A DNA stretch of 64,000 nt from Pelagomonas calceolata. Its lineage: Eukaryota. The stretch covers positions 4,216,001-4,280,000 of the forward strand of contig CAKKNE010000002.1 in the NCBI GenBank assembly GCA_918797485.1, read 5' to 3'. Of the stretch, positions 48,509 to 58,889 are shown piece by piece; the stretch's first letter is position 1, and each line of letters starts with the position of its first letter. The translations under genes were made by a program, and so were the position numbers. The notes under the pieces were generated by a model, which ran no database searches, was not told the DNA's origin, and saw only the letters and a list, made by a program, of their open reading frames with translations.

Positions 48509-50134
48509 ATGGCACGCCTCCTCCTCCTCCTACTACTCACGGCCGCCCAGGCCAGGCGCAAGGGCGTGAACGTAAAAAAGAAGGAGAAGGTCGAGCTCGA
48601 CGACGCCCGGCTCCCTCCCTTAAATGAGGTGCTCGACGAACTTGAGTTAGATGCGGCCGAGTTGCTGGCGCGAGGCGTCGAGACGACGCGCCAACTGTGC
48701 GCCTGGGGCCGGAGTGATATTTCTATACATGGCAACGACTTAGGATGGGATAGGGACAAACAGAAAGTAATAAATGAGAAGATCAATGCCATTCGTGCTG
48801 AAGCGGCGGTGCAGAAGACTACGGAGACCGTAGATCCTTTGAAGGCAGCGAGGGACGAGAGAAACGCCCTGACCTACGGTAGAGTGTTCGCGGACCGCGC
48901 GACGGCGTCCTTTGAATTTAAAAAGGCCTGGTTCGGCGCCGATTTTCCTGAAGCCTTGTCGATGCCTCTGGTGAGGGCGCTGCCTCTTGATGGGTGTGAT
49001 GAGCTTCTGTGGCAGAACACGTCCATCTACAAAGGCAGTGCGGTGCTCGCGGACCGAGGGGGCTGCTCCTTCGTCGAGAAGGCCTGGGCGGCGCACAACG
49101 CCGGGGCCAAGCTACTCCTGGTCATCAACAGCCCGGATCGGCCCTTCGACCGCCCTACTTCTGGTTATGCCACAGATGCCGAACCTACACCGTCGCCTGA
49201 TACTCTAGCGGTTGGCTTGGTGCACCAAGATGCAGGACCTGGATTAGCAAGAGCGGCCTCTAGCGCCTGGGTCGACCAAGGTCCCCAAGCGGTGGAACTC
49301 CTACAAATACGCGCGCCGTGGCGCGTATTCATGGAGAAGTACGGGCTTATTTCGAAGAAAGTTGTGGTGGACGCGCGCCAGGGCCCCTGGGATTCGTATG
49401 ATGCTACCACCATAAGAGCCGTCCCTCTTAAATGTGTCTCAGGGCGGCCCGACTGCGCACCTATCCTAGAGTCGGAGAAGACCATCCTGCCGGACACGGA
49501 CTCGGGCACTTTGCATATTGCTGGGGAGAGTTTTGAGTTCGTGAGTGCGGCGTGGGGGGGCGTCCTGCCGGACCGGCCCGTAGCCGTAGTCACCGCAGAA
49601 TACCTCTGCTCACCTCCACCACACTGGTTTTGTAGGGTACTCTCGCTGTTCTGCCCAACATCAAACTACAAGGACTTTTATAATAGGGCGCCCGGCGCGT
49701 TGGTCCTTGCGAGGCGCGGCGGTGGCTGCGACTTCGCGACGAAGGCGCGCCATGCTTCTGCTGTAGGGGCTGCGGTGTTGGTCGTCGAGCAGGCCGATGA
49801 GGAGCCATTACTGCGCATGGGCGCGCGGGACCCGCCGTTCCCGAACGTCGTGGGCGTCGCGGTGCGTTCGAAAGCGGGCGCCGCGCTCCGACGAATTGAG
49901 AACACCACATTCGTGAGGTTGCGGCCCGCGCCGGCGCCCGGCTTCGCGCACCGCTGGCTGGAACTCGCCGAGGCGGCGCCGTGGCCTTCTGACGCGGGCA
50001 ACGCGGCGAAGGCATTGGCTTCATTGGAGGAGAAGAACGCGGGGTCGGCGGAGAGGCTGGCGTTTGCGCGGGCGGCGCACGCGAACCGTGTTGTTACGGA
50101 GGAGGACGTCGGGAATAAGGGGGGCGAGCTTTAA
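48509..50134 (+). CDS. Secretory-pathway protein with two PA (protease-associated) domains
   Basis: Signal MARLLLLLLLTAAQA; PLDGC..AVLADRGGCSFVEKA and LVLARRGGGCDFATKA; C-terminal GGEL is ER-retention-like. Confidence 0.8.
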   Translation: MARLLLLLLLTAAQARRKGVNVKKKEKVELDDARLPPLNEVLDELELDAAELLARGVETTRQLCAWGRSDISIHGNDLGWDRDKQKVINEKINAIRAEAAVQKTTETVDPLKAARDERNALTYGRVFADRATASFEFKKAWFGADFPEALSMPLVRALPLDGCDELLWQNTSIYKGSAVLADRGGCSFVEKAWAAHNAGAKLLLVINSPDRPFDRPTSGYATDAEPTPSPDTLAVGLVHQDAGPGLARAASSAWVDQGPQAVELLQIRAPWRVFMEKYGLISKKVVVDARQGPWDSYDATTIRAVPLKCVSGRPDCAPILESEKTILPDTDSGTLHIAGESFEFVSAAWGGVLPDRPVAVVTAEYLCSPPPHWFCRVLSLFCPTSNYKDFYNRAPGALVLARRGGGCDFATKARHASAVGAAVLVVEQADEEPLLRMGARDPPFPNVVGVAVRSKAGAALRRIENTTFVRLRPAPAPGFAHRWLELAEAAPWPSDAGNAAKALASLEEKNAGSAERLAFARAAHANRVVTEEDVGNKGGEL

Positions 50135-50513
50135 CATTGGTGTATCCCACGAGTCTCGCGTCAACGGCGTCGCGGGTGAGGAGGCGCGTCGACGGCGTCG
50201 CCGTCGCGCGTCCGTTTTCTTGGGGTCACGAACCGTCCGGAGACGGGTCCATGGGTCTTTAAACCGCGAGATCGGGCAGCCAATCAGGTTATGCTGCTCT
50301 CAGAGAGACACACTAGCCCTGCGGCAGCGCGGAGGCAAAAGCCACGGGGAGCAGGGCCTCGCCGCGCCATTGACTTCGCCCAGCCAGTGGCAGTGCGCCG
50401 CCGAACCGCTGCGCCAGTGCGCGTCGTTGGATCCGCCCACCAGCGACGTATACTTTCAAACGCGCCCCAAATCCAAATTGGCTCATTTTGGCAGCGCGCA
50501 CCGCAAGTAAACG

Positions 50514-52739
50514 ATGCCCCGCTCCTCCTCGCTACCACCGGCCCAGCTCCGCCGCTCGAACAGCGGCGGCCGCCTCCAGTCCGTCGAAGCCCCGGACCGC
50601 ACCGTCCTCCTGCGAAGCAGGGGCTACGACGCCACGAATGGACGGGTTTTGAGCGAGGGGAGTTTTGGTAGTATAAGAGCCTGCGAGCGGCTGGCTGATG
50701 GGGCCGTGGTAGCCGTGAAACTGATAGAGCAACCGACCCATAGATACGCGACCGAGCGAAGAGTGCTCGAAGTGTCCGCGAAGGGCGACACGCCCTTCGT
50801 TTTGTCTCTGCTCGACGCCTTCGAGGCGCCGGGCGTCGCGGCTTTGGTTACTCCCTTGTATGATGGTGACGCGCATGATTTACTAAGGGCGGTACGGGCG
50901 CAAAGACGAACAGAAGTCGACCCTCGCACGTCCTTCGCCCGGGCGTCCGATAGACTCTCAAGGAACTTCACGGATGCCTTCGGGTCCTCCAAGGATGTCG
51001 TCGAGGCCAACGGGCTGGACAACGATACTGCTCTCAAAATTGTCGCTCATACGGCATCGGCCCTAGATTGGCTCCACGCGCGAAAGGTCGCTCATCGGGA
51101 CCTGAAGCCCGAGAACGTGCTTTGTGCTGGAGGTGGTGGTCCGCAGGCGCGCTTTGTCCTCGCGGATTTCGGTGTTGTGGGTGTCGGCTGCGGGCCGACG
51201 ACCGGCGCGCGCACGCTGGTCGGCACGCCCGAATACGCGGCGCCCGAGATGGCCCAGGCCTTCCTGGCGAACGGCGGCGACGTTAAAGTCTTGCAGGCCT
51301 TCGAGAAGAGCTCTCGAAGGGGCCATGGGTTAGGGTCGTTCTTCCGGCGGCGGTCCAAACAGATGCGCGGCCAGAATAAAGCAATAGGCAAGACGGAGTA
51401 CGGGCACGCCTGCGACTGGTTCGCGCTCGGGTGTTTGCTGTATGAGCTTTCTGTGGGGAGTCCGCCGAAGCGAGGCGTGTGGACCGCGTCCAAGCAAGCG
51501 AAGGGTCTCGATGGAGACGTCGCTTCCACGATCGACTGGTTACGAGCCGAGGACCCTTCCCGAAGGTGCGGCGTGCGAAATGGGTTGAACGATGTCCGAC
51601 GGGCTGGGGCTTCCGTTGCAAAAGCCTTGGATGCAACTGCATTACTACAAAAAACCTTCAAGGACAAGCCTAGGTTATCTCCAACGAAAGATTTGAAGAC
51701 CCAACCGTCGCCCGTCAAAAAAACGTCGGGCACGCGCGACTGGGCCCGCCGGCGCGACATGCTCGCGCCGCCGCCACCCACGCCGTCGCCGCCGCCGGCC
51801 CAAGTCGCGGCGAAGATGGCCGCGGTGCCAGCTCTCGACTCGACGCCGCGCGTGTCGCCGGACACGTCGCCGCGCGTCGCGCAGAGCACGCCGCCGTCGG
51901 TGCCCAAACAAACGCCGGCGCGGCCCGCGAAAACGTCGATAAGGGACAAGGAGCCGCGGACGCCGCCGGTCAAAGGAGCGGGCCTGCGCCTCTTTTCGAA
52001 TGAGAGCCCGCCCTCTCCATGTATACAGAGACGCCCCTTTTCCGACGGCGACCGCGTTCCAACGGACGCGGCGGACGTCGAGGTCGCCGCGGCGCTGGCG
52101 TCCGTCGTCGAGGCGGTGGAGAAGGCCGCGGCGCAGGACCGTTCGCCGCGCGCGACGCTGGCGTCGGCGGCCAAGCGCGAGGCGTCGGCCGCGGCGGTCG
52201 ACGCCGCGGCCGCGGCGCAGCGCGCGCGCGCCGCCGCCGCCGCCGCCGAGGCGGCCGAACAGCCGGCGCCGCCCTTCGACATCACGTCCTCGGAGTGGAG
52301 CCCCCTGCGGCGGGCCGTGCGGTCGCGCGTGCTCGCGCTCGAGGCGCGGATGCATACCCCGCCCGCGACGCCCAAGCCCGCGCGCCGGGCGGCGCCGCCG
52401 CCGCGGCGCGGCCCGCTGGTCCTCGTGGGCCTCGTAGGCCTCGGGGGCGCGGCGGCGCTGGCCCTGCTCGCGGACCCGTCGCTCGTCGACCGCCTCCGCG
52501 CGGCGCCGCCCGCGGCCGCGCCGCCGCGGCCCGCGCCGCCGCCCGACTTCGTGGCGGACCTCCGGCGGCCGCCCGCGCCGCCGCAGAAGACGTGCCGCTC
52601 GGCGATCAACGCGCCCGCGCCCCGGCCGGCGCCGACGGTCGTCGTCCGCAAGCGCGGCCCGCTCGCGCCGCTCCGCAAGCTGATCGATCTGCTCCTGCTG
52701 GGGCCGCTGCGGCGGCGGCTGTTTGGTGGGGGAAGGTAA
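50514..52739 (+). CDS. Ser/Thr protein kinase with Pro-rich tail and C-terminal TM segment
   Basis: SEGSFG, VAVK, HRDLKPEN, DFG, GTPEYAAPE, DWFALGCLLYEL; LVLVGLVGLGGAAALALLA. Confidence 0.9.
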   Translation: MPRSSSLPPAQLRRSNSGGRLQSVEAPDRTVLLRSRGYDATNGRVLSEGSFGSIRACERLADGAVVAVKLIEQPTHRYATERRVLEVSAKGDTPFVLSLLDAFEAPGVAALVTPLYDGDAHDLLRAVRAQRRTEVDPRTSFARASDRLSRNFTDAFGSSKDVVEANGLDNDTALKIVAHTASALDWLHARKVAHRDLKPENVLCAGGGGPQARFVLADFGVVGVGCGPTTGARTLVGTPEYAAPEMAQAFLANGGDVKVLQAFEKSSRRGHGLGSFFRRRSKQMRGQNKAIGKTEYGHACDWFALGCLLYELSVGSPPKRGVWTASKQAKGLDGDVASTIDWLRAEDPSRRCGVRNGLNDVRRAGASVAKALDATALLQKTFKDKPRLSPTKDLKTQPSPVKKTSGTRDWARRRDMLAPPPPTPSPPPAQVAAKMAAVPALDSTPRVSPDTSPRVAQSTPPSVPKQTPARPAKTSIRDKEPRTPPVKGAGLRLFSNESPPSPCIQRRPFSDGDRVPTDAADVEVAAALASVVEAVEKAAAQDRSPRATLASAAKREASAAAVDAAAAAQRARAAAAAAEAAEQPAPPFDITSSEWSPLRRAVRSRVLALEARMHTPPATPKPARRAAPPPRRGPLVLVGLVGLGGAAALALLADPSLVDRLRAAPPAAAPPRPAPPPDFVADLRRPPAPPQKTCRSAINAPAPRPAPTVVVRKRGPLAPLRKLIDLLLLGPLRRRLFGGGR

Positions 52740-53538
52740 TGATGTGTCCGACTCCTTTTCTGCGTGGACAAAACCCGCACTCAGTGACGGGACGCGCCCT
52801 TCCTTCCTGCCGTTCGCGCATCTATCCTGAGGCCCAAAGGAGGATTGCGAGAGGCATTCGATAGGTCGACTCTCACAACTGGCCTATCGAGCCTCTCGAT
52901 TAGGAGCTAAAAACGAGCCAGAGAGAGAGAGCCGAGAGACAGTGGCCACCCGAGTCGACTCTAATACTACTAAACTGCCCTCTGCGTTCGACTTTTTGGA
53001 GAAAACAAGTCTTGCGAAAGGGCTGGAACCATCGGATCTACAAGTTCGCCAACGCAGAGCGCGGGGCGCGGTCGCCCAGTCCTTGAGATTGTAGGCGCGA
53101 GCTACAACAGACCTGGACCCGCGTTAGCCGCCCGGCCGGCGCGCATCTGGTGGCCCTGGAGGCGGGTCGGATGCGACGCCCGCGCCGACGCCGAACCGAC
53201 GGTGCCGAAGGCCCAAACGCAGCACCAGCCCCCGCGACGAAGCGCGGTCCCCCCATATGGACGCCCGGAAAAAAATCAAACAAAAACACAGAACAAAATT
53301 CCGTGTGCAGTTCCTCTCCCCCGGCTGGCGCCGCTTGCTGACTGTGACAAACTACCATCCCGGGACTACCATATCCATGTACTTAAGTACTCTTCCTTCT
53401 TCCTTCCGTGTATGATAGGAGCAGGAGCAAAGTAGATACAGCACACTGATGGCGTCCACGACCGCCTCCGCGCGGCGCCGCCCGAGTTCGTTGCGCCGTG
53501 AGAAAAAAGGGACTCCTGAGACACAACAACACACTTAC

Positions 53539-54303
53539 TCAGAGGTCCCCGCTCCGCCGGTCGGACGCGATCCGCGGGGGATGAGCCTCGTCCGCCGCCT
53601 CGAAGCCGTGGACGCCGTACCCGCGCTGCAGGAAATTTTCGGAATTGCCCGCGGGCACCCACTCCCGGGCCTCCTGCGCCGCCTCCTCCCTCGCAATCTC
53701 GCCCATGGAGCCGCCGACGCGCCGGCCTTGATCAAAACGCCGGCTGTCGGCCTGGATGTCCCGCACCGCGTCGTGCAGAGACTGCGTGGCCTCGGCCTCC
53801 CGGTGCAGGCGCGCTTCCATCCTCTCCGCCTCCTCGACCCTCAAATCGTTGACGGACTTGCCCGCGTTCTTCGTGCGGACGTTGGCCAGCGCCTCGGCGA
53901 CCGGCGACAACCCCACAAGCTCGTCGCAGCGCCACTCCCTCCAAGAATCCTGGGCCGACGCGTCATCGACACCCCGCACGGGGCACGCCGCCCATTCAAT
54001 AAATTCGCGCACGAACTGGCCCTCTTTGTCCAGTTCCTGGCGGTAGCACTCGTGGCGGATCAGCGCGGTCTGCAGGTCGTCGCACCGGCGCATCTCCGCA
54101 TCCAAAAAGCTGTGGCCGGCCCGTCTTATCGAAGGCGGCGCCGGCGGGACGCTCTCGCAGTCGTGCCGCCGCCACTGGCGCTCGAGCTGGCGGCTCTTCT
54201 TGGGCAGCCTTGCTCTCCTCTCCTTGTCGAGGTCGAGGCAGGTGTGGACGCGGTTGGATGGTTCCGCGGCGGCCACGAGGGCGATTGTCCAGGCGTGCTT
54301 CAT
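53539..54303 (-). CDS. Hypothetical secreted protein with spaced Cys motifs and a coiled coil
   Basis: MKHAWTIALVAAA signal; WRRHDCE, RRCDD, RHECY, EWAACP, WREWRCDE. Confidence 0.5.
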   Translation of the reverse strand: MKHAWTIALVAAAEPSNRVHTCLDLDKERRARLPKKSRQLERQWRRHDCESVPPAPPSIRRAGHSFLDAEMRRCDDLQTALIRHECYRQELDKEGQFVREFIEWAACPVRGVDDASAQDSWREWRCDELVGLSPVAEALANVRTKNAGKSVNDLRVEEAERMEARLHREAEATQSLHDAVRDIQADSRRFDQGRRVGGSMGEIAREEAAQEAREWVPAGNSENFLQRGYGVHGFEAADEAHPPRIASDRRSGDL

Positions 54304-54348
54304 GGCATGGTGCGGTGGGGCTGCCTTTTTCGGGTCCCTGAGAGCTTG

Positions 54349-54370
54349 CTAGTGTCTTACGGTACGCTAG
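54349..54370. promoter_or_regulatory. CTAG-N14-CTAG motif copy
   Basis: GCTTG + CTAGTGTCTTACGGTACGCTAG between divergent ATGs 54303 and 54502. Confidence 0.6.
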
Positions 54371-54501
54371 CCCTCCTTTTGCGGCGCTATTGTCCAACGC
54401 GTAAGCTGCTACACATTGCTACGCCTAAGTGCGCCCTCTCGGACTGCTACAACCACGCGCTGCGCGAGAACAACGGCTGCGGCTGCTCACGGCATACACA
54501 G

Positions 54502-56538
54502 ATGGAGCCCTCTCCCGCTCCTGTGGAGGCTGCCGCGGCGCACGCCTCGTCGCACGACACCGAGGCGCGCGGCATGCCGCCGGCTGCGCGGTACCGGGCC
54601 GCGCAAGCGGCGACGGAGCCCACCGCCTCGCACTCGTCCCACGTCGGCGTCAGCGGCCGGACTCGCGCGGCTGTAAACGAAGACTTGGATGTTTTGGCCG
54701 TGGGCGATCGCGTCGTGGTAAATGGCGTGCCTGGCGTCGTCACGAGGAAGGTGCCTGGCGGCAACGGCTGGTGGAAGGTGCGGCTCCACGGACGACACGC
54801 TCGCGAGGACCGGAGTTATCGCAGAACCCAGATCACGAAACTCCACGTGCCGCCCGCAGCGCCCGCGCCCGCGCCTGCCCCACCCCCAGCCGCTGTCGGC
54901 GCTAACGTCGAGGCTACGCCGCCGGCGCAGCTGTGGGTCGACACGACGCCGGCGGGCCGCGCCCCGGCGCTGAAGGTCTGCGCCGTCCAGCTCCGTGCGA
55001 CGCCCGGCGACGTGGAGGGCAACTTACGACGCGCCGAGCAGCTCATACGAGCAAATCCCGGCCACCACCTCTATGTCTTGCCCGAGCTCTCCAGCTGCGG
55101 GTACAGCGACGAGGTCCTCGCAGACTGCGCCGCGTTCGCGCACGGTAGCTTCGACGGCGTGTTCAAATTCTTCATCGACCTGGCGCGGGAAGTCGACGCG
55201 CACATCTGCTTCGGGTTCCTTTGCCGCACGTCGAGACCCCTTTCGGCGGTGCCTGCCGTCGGCAGCCGGGTCTTGGCCGCCAACCACCCGGGCCATGTGA
55301 CGCGCGTCAACGCCTTCGCCGCGGCCGCCGACGTGCTATTCGACGCCGGAACCGAACGAACGTACCTCCTGAGCGACCTCCGGACGCCGGTCTTCACCAT
55401 CGCCCAGGCCGTCGTCGGGCCCACCGGCATCGAGCTCGTCTACGACAAGATGCATCTTTGTGATATGGGCGCGTGTTCCGAGGTCGCGCACGGCCTTACA
55501 CGCGGGGAGCGGCCGGGCGTGTTCACGTGCCGCGGCTGGCGCGTCGGCGTGTGCATCTGTTACGACCTGCGCTTCCCCGCGCTCTGGCGGCGCCTGGCCT
55601 GGGAGGAGGACTGCGACCTGATCGTGCATCCGTCGGCGTTCGTCCGCGACGCGACCTTCCCGATGTATCATACGTTCGTCACGACGCGGGCCGTGGAGAA
55701 CGGCATCTACGTCTTGTCGGTGAACTTCGCCGGCGCGGACTTTGGCGAGTCGATAGCCGCGCCGCCGTGGGTGGGACCCGTGCCGGGCCTCGCCGACCAG
55801 CGCGCGCGCGTCCTCGGCTGCGACGAGGGCGTCCTGGCGCTCAGTTGCGAAACGGCCGTGCTCGACGCCGTGCGCGCGGCGTACCCGTACCGGCGCAACG
55901 CGCACCCGTCCCTGCGCGCGGCGCCGCCGGCGGTCTCTGTGACGCCGGCCGCGGTCTCACCGCGCGCGGCCACGCCGTTCGCGCCGGCGGAGCAGGAGCC
56001 CGCGAGCCATCGCCGGCGGTGGACTGATTCTGAAATAGCGCTCTGTATGTCTGCCGTCCAGACCTATGGGGAGCGGCGGCACAAGGCCATCGCGTCTGCA
56101 GTGGGCACGCGGACGGCTGCACAGGTCCGAACGTTCCTCACGAAGCGGAAGGCGAAAGGAGGTCTTCCCGCCGCGCCGGCGCCGCCGGCGCCCGCCCCCT
56201 GGGTGCCGCCACCGCCGCCGCCCCGCGACGCGCGCGACGCGCTCTCCGCGGAGGTGCTCGCGCCGCCGAGCCGCAGCGACGGGTACGGCGCCGCGGAGGC
56301 GGAGACCCTCTCGGCCCTCGTCGGCCTCACGCAGCAGGCCACCGCGGCGTCCGCCGAGGCGTGGGCCGCGCCTTCGGCCCTCGTGGGCCTCCAGGAGGCC
56401 TGCCAGCAGGCCACCACGGCGTCCGCCGAGGCGTGGGCCGCGCCTTCGGCCCTCGTGGGCCTCCAGGAGGCCTGCCAGCAGGCCACCACGGCGTCCGCCG
56501 AGGCGTGGGCCGCGCCGCCGCTCGATATGGATATGTGA
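54502..56538 (+). CDS. Carbon-nitrogen hydrolase (nitrilase superfamily) with Tudor/SH3-like modules and a Myb/SANT domain
   Basis: Triad VLPEL (E), YDKMHL (K), ICYDLRFP (C), TRAVENG; SANT WTDSEIALCMSAVQTYGE..IASAVGTRTAAQVRTF; Tudor-like VGDRVVV..GVV..WWKVRL and VGSRV..GHVTRV..DVLFDAG. Confidence 0.8.
   Translation: MEPSPAPVEAAAAHASSHDTEARGMPPAARYRAAQAATEPTASHSSHVGVSGRTRAAVNEDLDVLAVGDRVVVNGVPGVVTRKVPGGNGWWKVRLHGRHAREDRSYRRTQITKLHVPPAAPAPAPAPPPAAVGANVEATPPAQLWVDTTPAGRAPALKVCAVQLRATPGDVEGNLRRAEQLIRANPGHHLYVLPELSSCGYSDEVLADCAAFAHGSFDGVFKFFIDLAREVDAHICFGFLCRTSRPLSAVPAVGSRVLAANHPGHVTRVNAFAAAADVLFDAGTERTYLLSDLRTPVFTIAQAVVGPTGIELVYDKMHLCDMGACSEVAHGLTRGERPGVFTCRGWRVGVCICYDLRFPALWRRLAWEEDCDLIVHPSAFVRDATFPMYHTFVTTRAVENGIYVLSVNFAGADFGESIAAPPWVGPVPGLADQRARVLGCDEGVLALSCETAVLDAVRAAYPYRRNAHPSLRAAPPAVSVTPAAVSPRAATPFAPAEQEPASHRRRWTDSEIALCMSAVQTYGERRHKAIASAVGTRTAAQVRTFLTKRKAKGGLPAAPAPPAPAPWVPPPPPPRDARDALSAEVLAPPSRSDGYGAAEAETLSALVGLTQQATAASAEAWAAPSALVGLQEACQQATTASAEAWAAPSALVGLQEACQQATTASAEAWAAPPLDMDM
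56311..56517 (+). repeat. In-frame coding tandem repeat (63 + 72 + 72 bp)
   Basis: Units start at 56311, 56374 and 56446 and encode SALVGL(QEAC)QQATTASAEAWAAP. Confidence 0.9.
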
Positions 56539-56554
56539 TTAATGTTTTAAGACG

Positions 56555-57238
56555 TCATCGCCGCCGCCGCACGGCACCGTTCCCGCGCGCGGTGACGCCC
56601 GCCTTGCCGTCGTCGTCGCTGTCCGACCCAGCCTCGTGGTCCTCCAATTCATCAAAGCTCCCGCCCCGCAGCGTGACGTAGACGAGCGAAATGCACGTGA
56701 CCACACCGCCCCACAGCACGAGCGTCCGCATCGCCGCCGTATCCCTAAAAGACGCGTCGCCGCGCCACGCGTACCGCACGCGCACGGCCGGCAGGAACGC
56801 CGCCGGCGCGACCCTATCTATATCCGAGTTGCCGTCGCGCCGCCGCCGCTTCTCGTCGCGGCGCGCCTGCTTCCGATCTACTTCGCCGTAGCGCGCGCGC
56901 GCATCAATAGAGACGATCTGCGACCCGTCGTGCGTCAGCGTCACGTCGACCGAGGTCAGGTTCCGGCCGTTCTCCATCAAACGGAGCCACGGCGTCGCGG
57001 CGGCGTCGGCGGACAGGGCCAGCTCGACGGCGTCGAGCGGGGCGCCGGCCTCGGGCAGGGGCACGCCCCGCAGCGCCCGGTCGGATTTGACGCGGAAGCG
57101 CGGGCTCGCGGCCTCGCGGCAGTCGCTCCAGGCGGTCTCGGCGCCGCGCAGCCGGCTCCGCGCGCGGAGCCGCACGCCGTCGCCGTAGACGTAGGCGCTC
57201 GCCGTCGATGCTACGAGGAGCAGGAAAGCGGCCGCCAT
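56555..57238 (-). CDS. Uncharacterised type-I membrane protein
   Basis: Signal MAAAFLLLVASTASA, YVYGDGV, and TM LVLWGGVVTCISLVYVTL. Confidence 0.65.
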   Translation of the reverse strand: MAAAFLLLVASTASAYVYGDGVRLRARSRLRGAETAWSDCREAASPRFRVKSDRALRGVPLPEAGAPLDAVELALSADAAATPWLRLMENGRNLTSVDVTLTHDGSQIVSIDARARYGEVDRKQARRDEKRRRRDGNSDIDRVAPAAFLPAVRVRYAWRGDASFRDTAAMRTLVLWGGVVTCISLVYVTLRGGSFDELEDHEAGSDSDDDGKAGVTARGNGAVRRRR

Positions 57239-57587
57239 GCGACGCGTTCGCGATCGCGTCTGCAGAGGCTGGCTCAGCTCAGGCACCAGAGAGATCGCAG
57301 GCGTGCTTTTCGCAGCGTTTTCTCCGCAGCAGCGGTTGACCACCGATGCCTGCTGTTCACTGCTGCTGCGTTAATCAGCTGTGAGCTGCACAGCCCGCCG
57401 CAATCAATCGATCTTTGCCATGCGAAAACCCGTTACTAGCACCATACATAGCGCAAGACGCCATCGCCGCGCCCCCCAATACGAAATGCCGAGGCACATC
57501 TTAGCTATCCGGACACATCCCGGGAGCGCGCACCAAAGACAGGGGAGATTGGGGGAAACACGGATCGAGGCGAGCAACAGCCGGGGA

Positions 57588-58421
57588 TCATTTGTGGGGG
57601 CTCTTCTTCTTGAGGAGCCGTCGGTCGTGGAGGTTCTCGGCGAGCTGCTGCCGCGACAGCGCGTGCGAGACCTCGTCGGCCTCGCCCTCGTTCGCGACCC
57701 AGTCGTCATCCACTGACGTTTCGCCGAGCGCCTCCTCCTCGAAGGCCTGCAACTCTCGCCGCCATCGTGTCGCCGGCGAGATCTGGCGCTTCGTTTTCTC
57801 CGTCAAAGCTTCGATCGCCTCCATCAGAGGCTTGTTGTCGTACTTGACCATGTAGCCCAGTACGATCAATACGGCCCACTCGCTCCGCGCGAAGCCTGAT
57901 CGAGAGTGGACGAAGACGCTTCCACCGCACTCGATCTGCTCGCTGATGAAGTCGCAGGCCTCGTGGAGATTTGGCGAGCACTCGTCGTGCGACGTGTCGA
58001 CGTCGAGTTGCGTGAAGTTCTCGTTCTGCGTCGGCTTGTCTATTGTGCTCACGATTGATGTGACGCCGCACTCCAACAACGTAGCTTCGAGCGAGGCGCC
58101 CATCTTCGTACCGCTCACGGCAGACACCCAGAGGTTCTCGCTCACGTTCGCGATGGCGCTCGAGCAGTCAAAACTGGACTTGACGGCGGCGTCCTCGGCG
58201 GCCTTTTGCTTTTCCTTCTCCTTCTTGGCGGCGCGACTTGCCCGTCCTCTCCGTTTGCTCTTCTCGCCGTTCTTTTTGCTGTCGGGGCTCCCGGGCGGGC
58301 TCTTGGCCTTGCTCGGCGGCTTGGGCGGCGACTTGGGCGCCTTGGGCGGGCTCTTCGGCGCTTGTTTGGGGGAGGCGGTCTTCGGGCTCCCCGGTGGCCT
58401 CTTGTCGACGATGGCGCTCAT
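57588..58421 (-). CDS. Dual-specificity phosphatase-like protein, predicted inactive
   Basis: ANVSENLWVS, LHEACDFI..GGSVFVHSRSGFARS..LGYMVK; Ser replaces the HCx5R Cys. Confidence 0.8.
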   Translation of the reverse strand: MSAIVDKRPPGSPKTASPKQAPKSPPKAPKSPPKPPSKAKSPPGSPDSKKNGEKSKRRGRASRAAKKEKEKQKAAEDAAVKSSFDCSSAIANVSENLWVSAVSGTKMGASLEATLLECGVTSIVSTIDKPTQNENFTQLDVDTSHDECSPNLHEACDFISEQIECGGSVFVHSRSGFARSEWAVLIVLGYMVKYDNKPLMEAIEALTEKTKRQISPATRWRRELQAFEEEALGETSVDDDWVANEGEADEVSHALSRQQLAENLHDRRLLKKKSPHK

Positions 58422-58889
58422 CGCTGTTGCGCCTCGTCGGGCTCAATACCTCCGGCAGAGCCTCTTAGCTCTGGCTATGCTCTCCGAGGGCGCGGCGGCG
58501 TGCGCTCTTCGCGCAGGTCGTTTCCGCGGTGCTGCGAGTATGCCTCGATACGATCGCTCAGTGCGCGGATCGGCTGGGGAGGAGCAGGTCGAGGCACAGG
58601 CTCGATACGACCTCGAGTGACACCGAGAGGCGCTGCTCGTTTTGGCGCTTGGGGCGTACGTAGCCTGTGGAAGAGCCGTATCTACGTGGTTCTCGAGGCG
58701 CCGGCGCCTCTAGCGGTGTCCGGAATACCGCGCGGGTTTCGCCTCACAGCGCGTTTTGTTTTGCGGCTTAAGCTCCGCGCTATCGTGCACGATACAGCCA
58801 GAAAGCCGTCTCCGTCGCCTCTGACACGTGCGCTTCAGCTCACCCAAGTTTGAAAGAAATCGGCACAAGAGAAGCAGTCCAACACAACA

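Noticed and set aside
51092..52780. 562-aa minus-strand ORF and many similar Arg/Ala/Pro-rich ORFs (for example 8327-9571, 28455-29339, 42920-43915)
   Set aside because: Antisense or alternative-frame shadows of GC3-rich genes with no recognisable motifs.
53449..54501. N-terminal 351 aa of the 1029-aa ORF
   Set aside because: It is the antisense shadow of the 53539-54303 gene and spans the intergenic CTAG motif at 54349; the credible start is ATG 54502.
56311..56517. Repeats as a CRISPR array (also 8212-8569 and 38797-38859)
   Set aside because: Adjacent tandem units or only two copies, no series of unique spacers, no cas genes, eukaryotic context.
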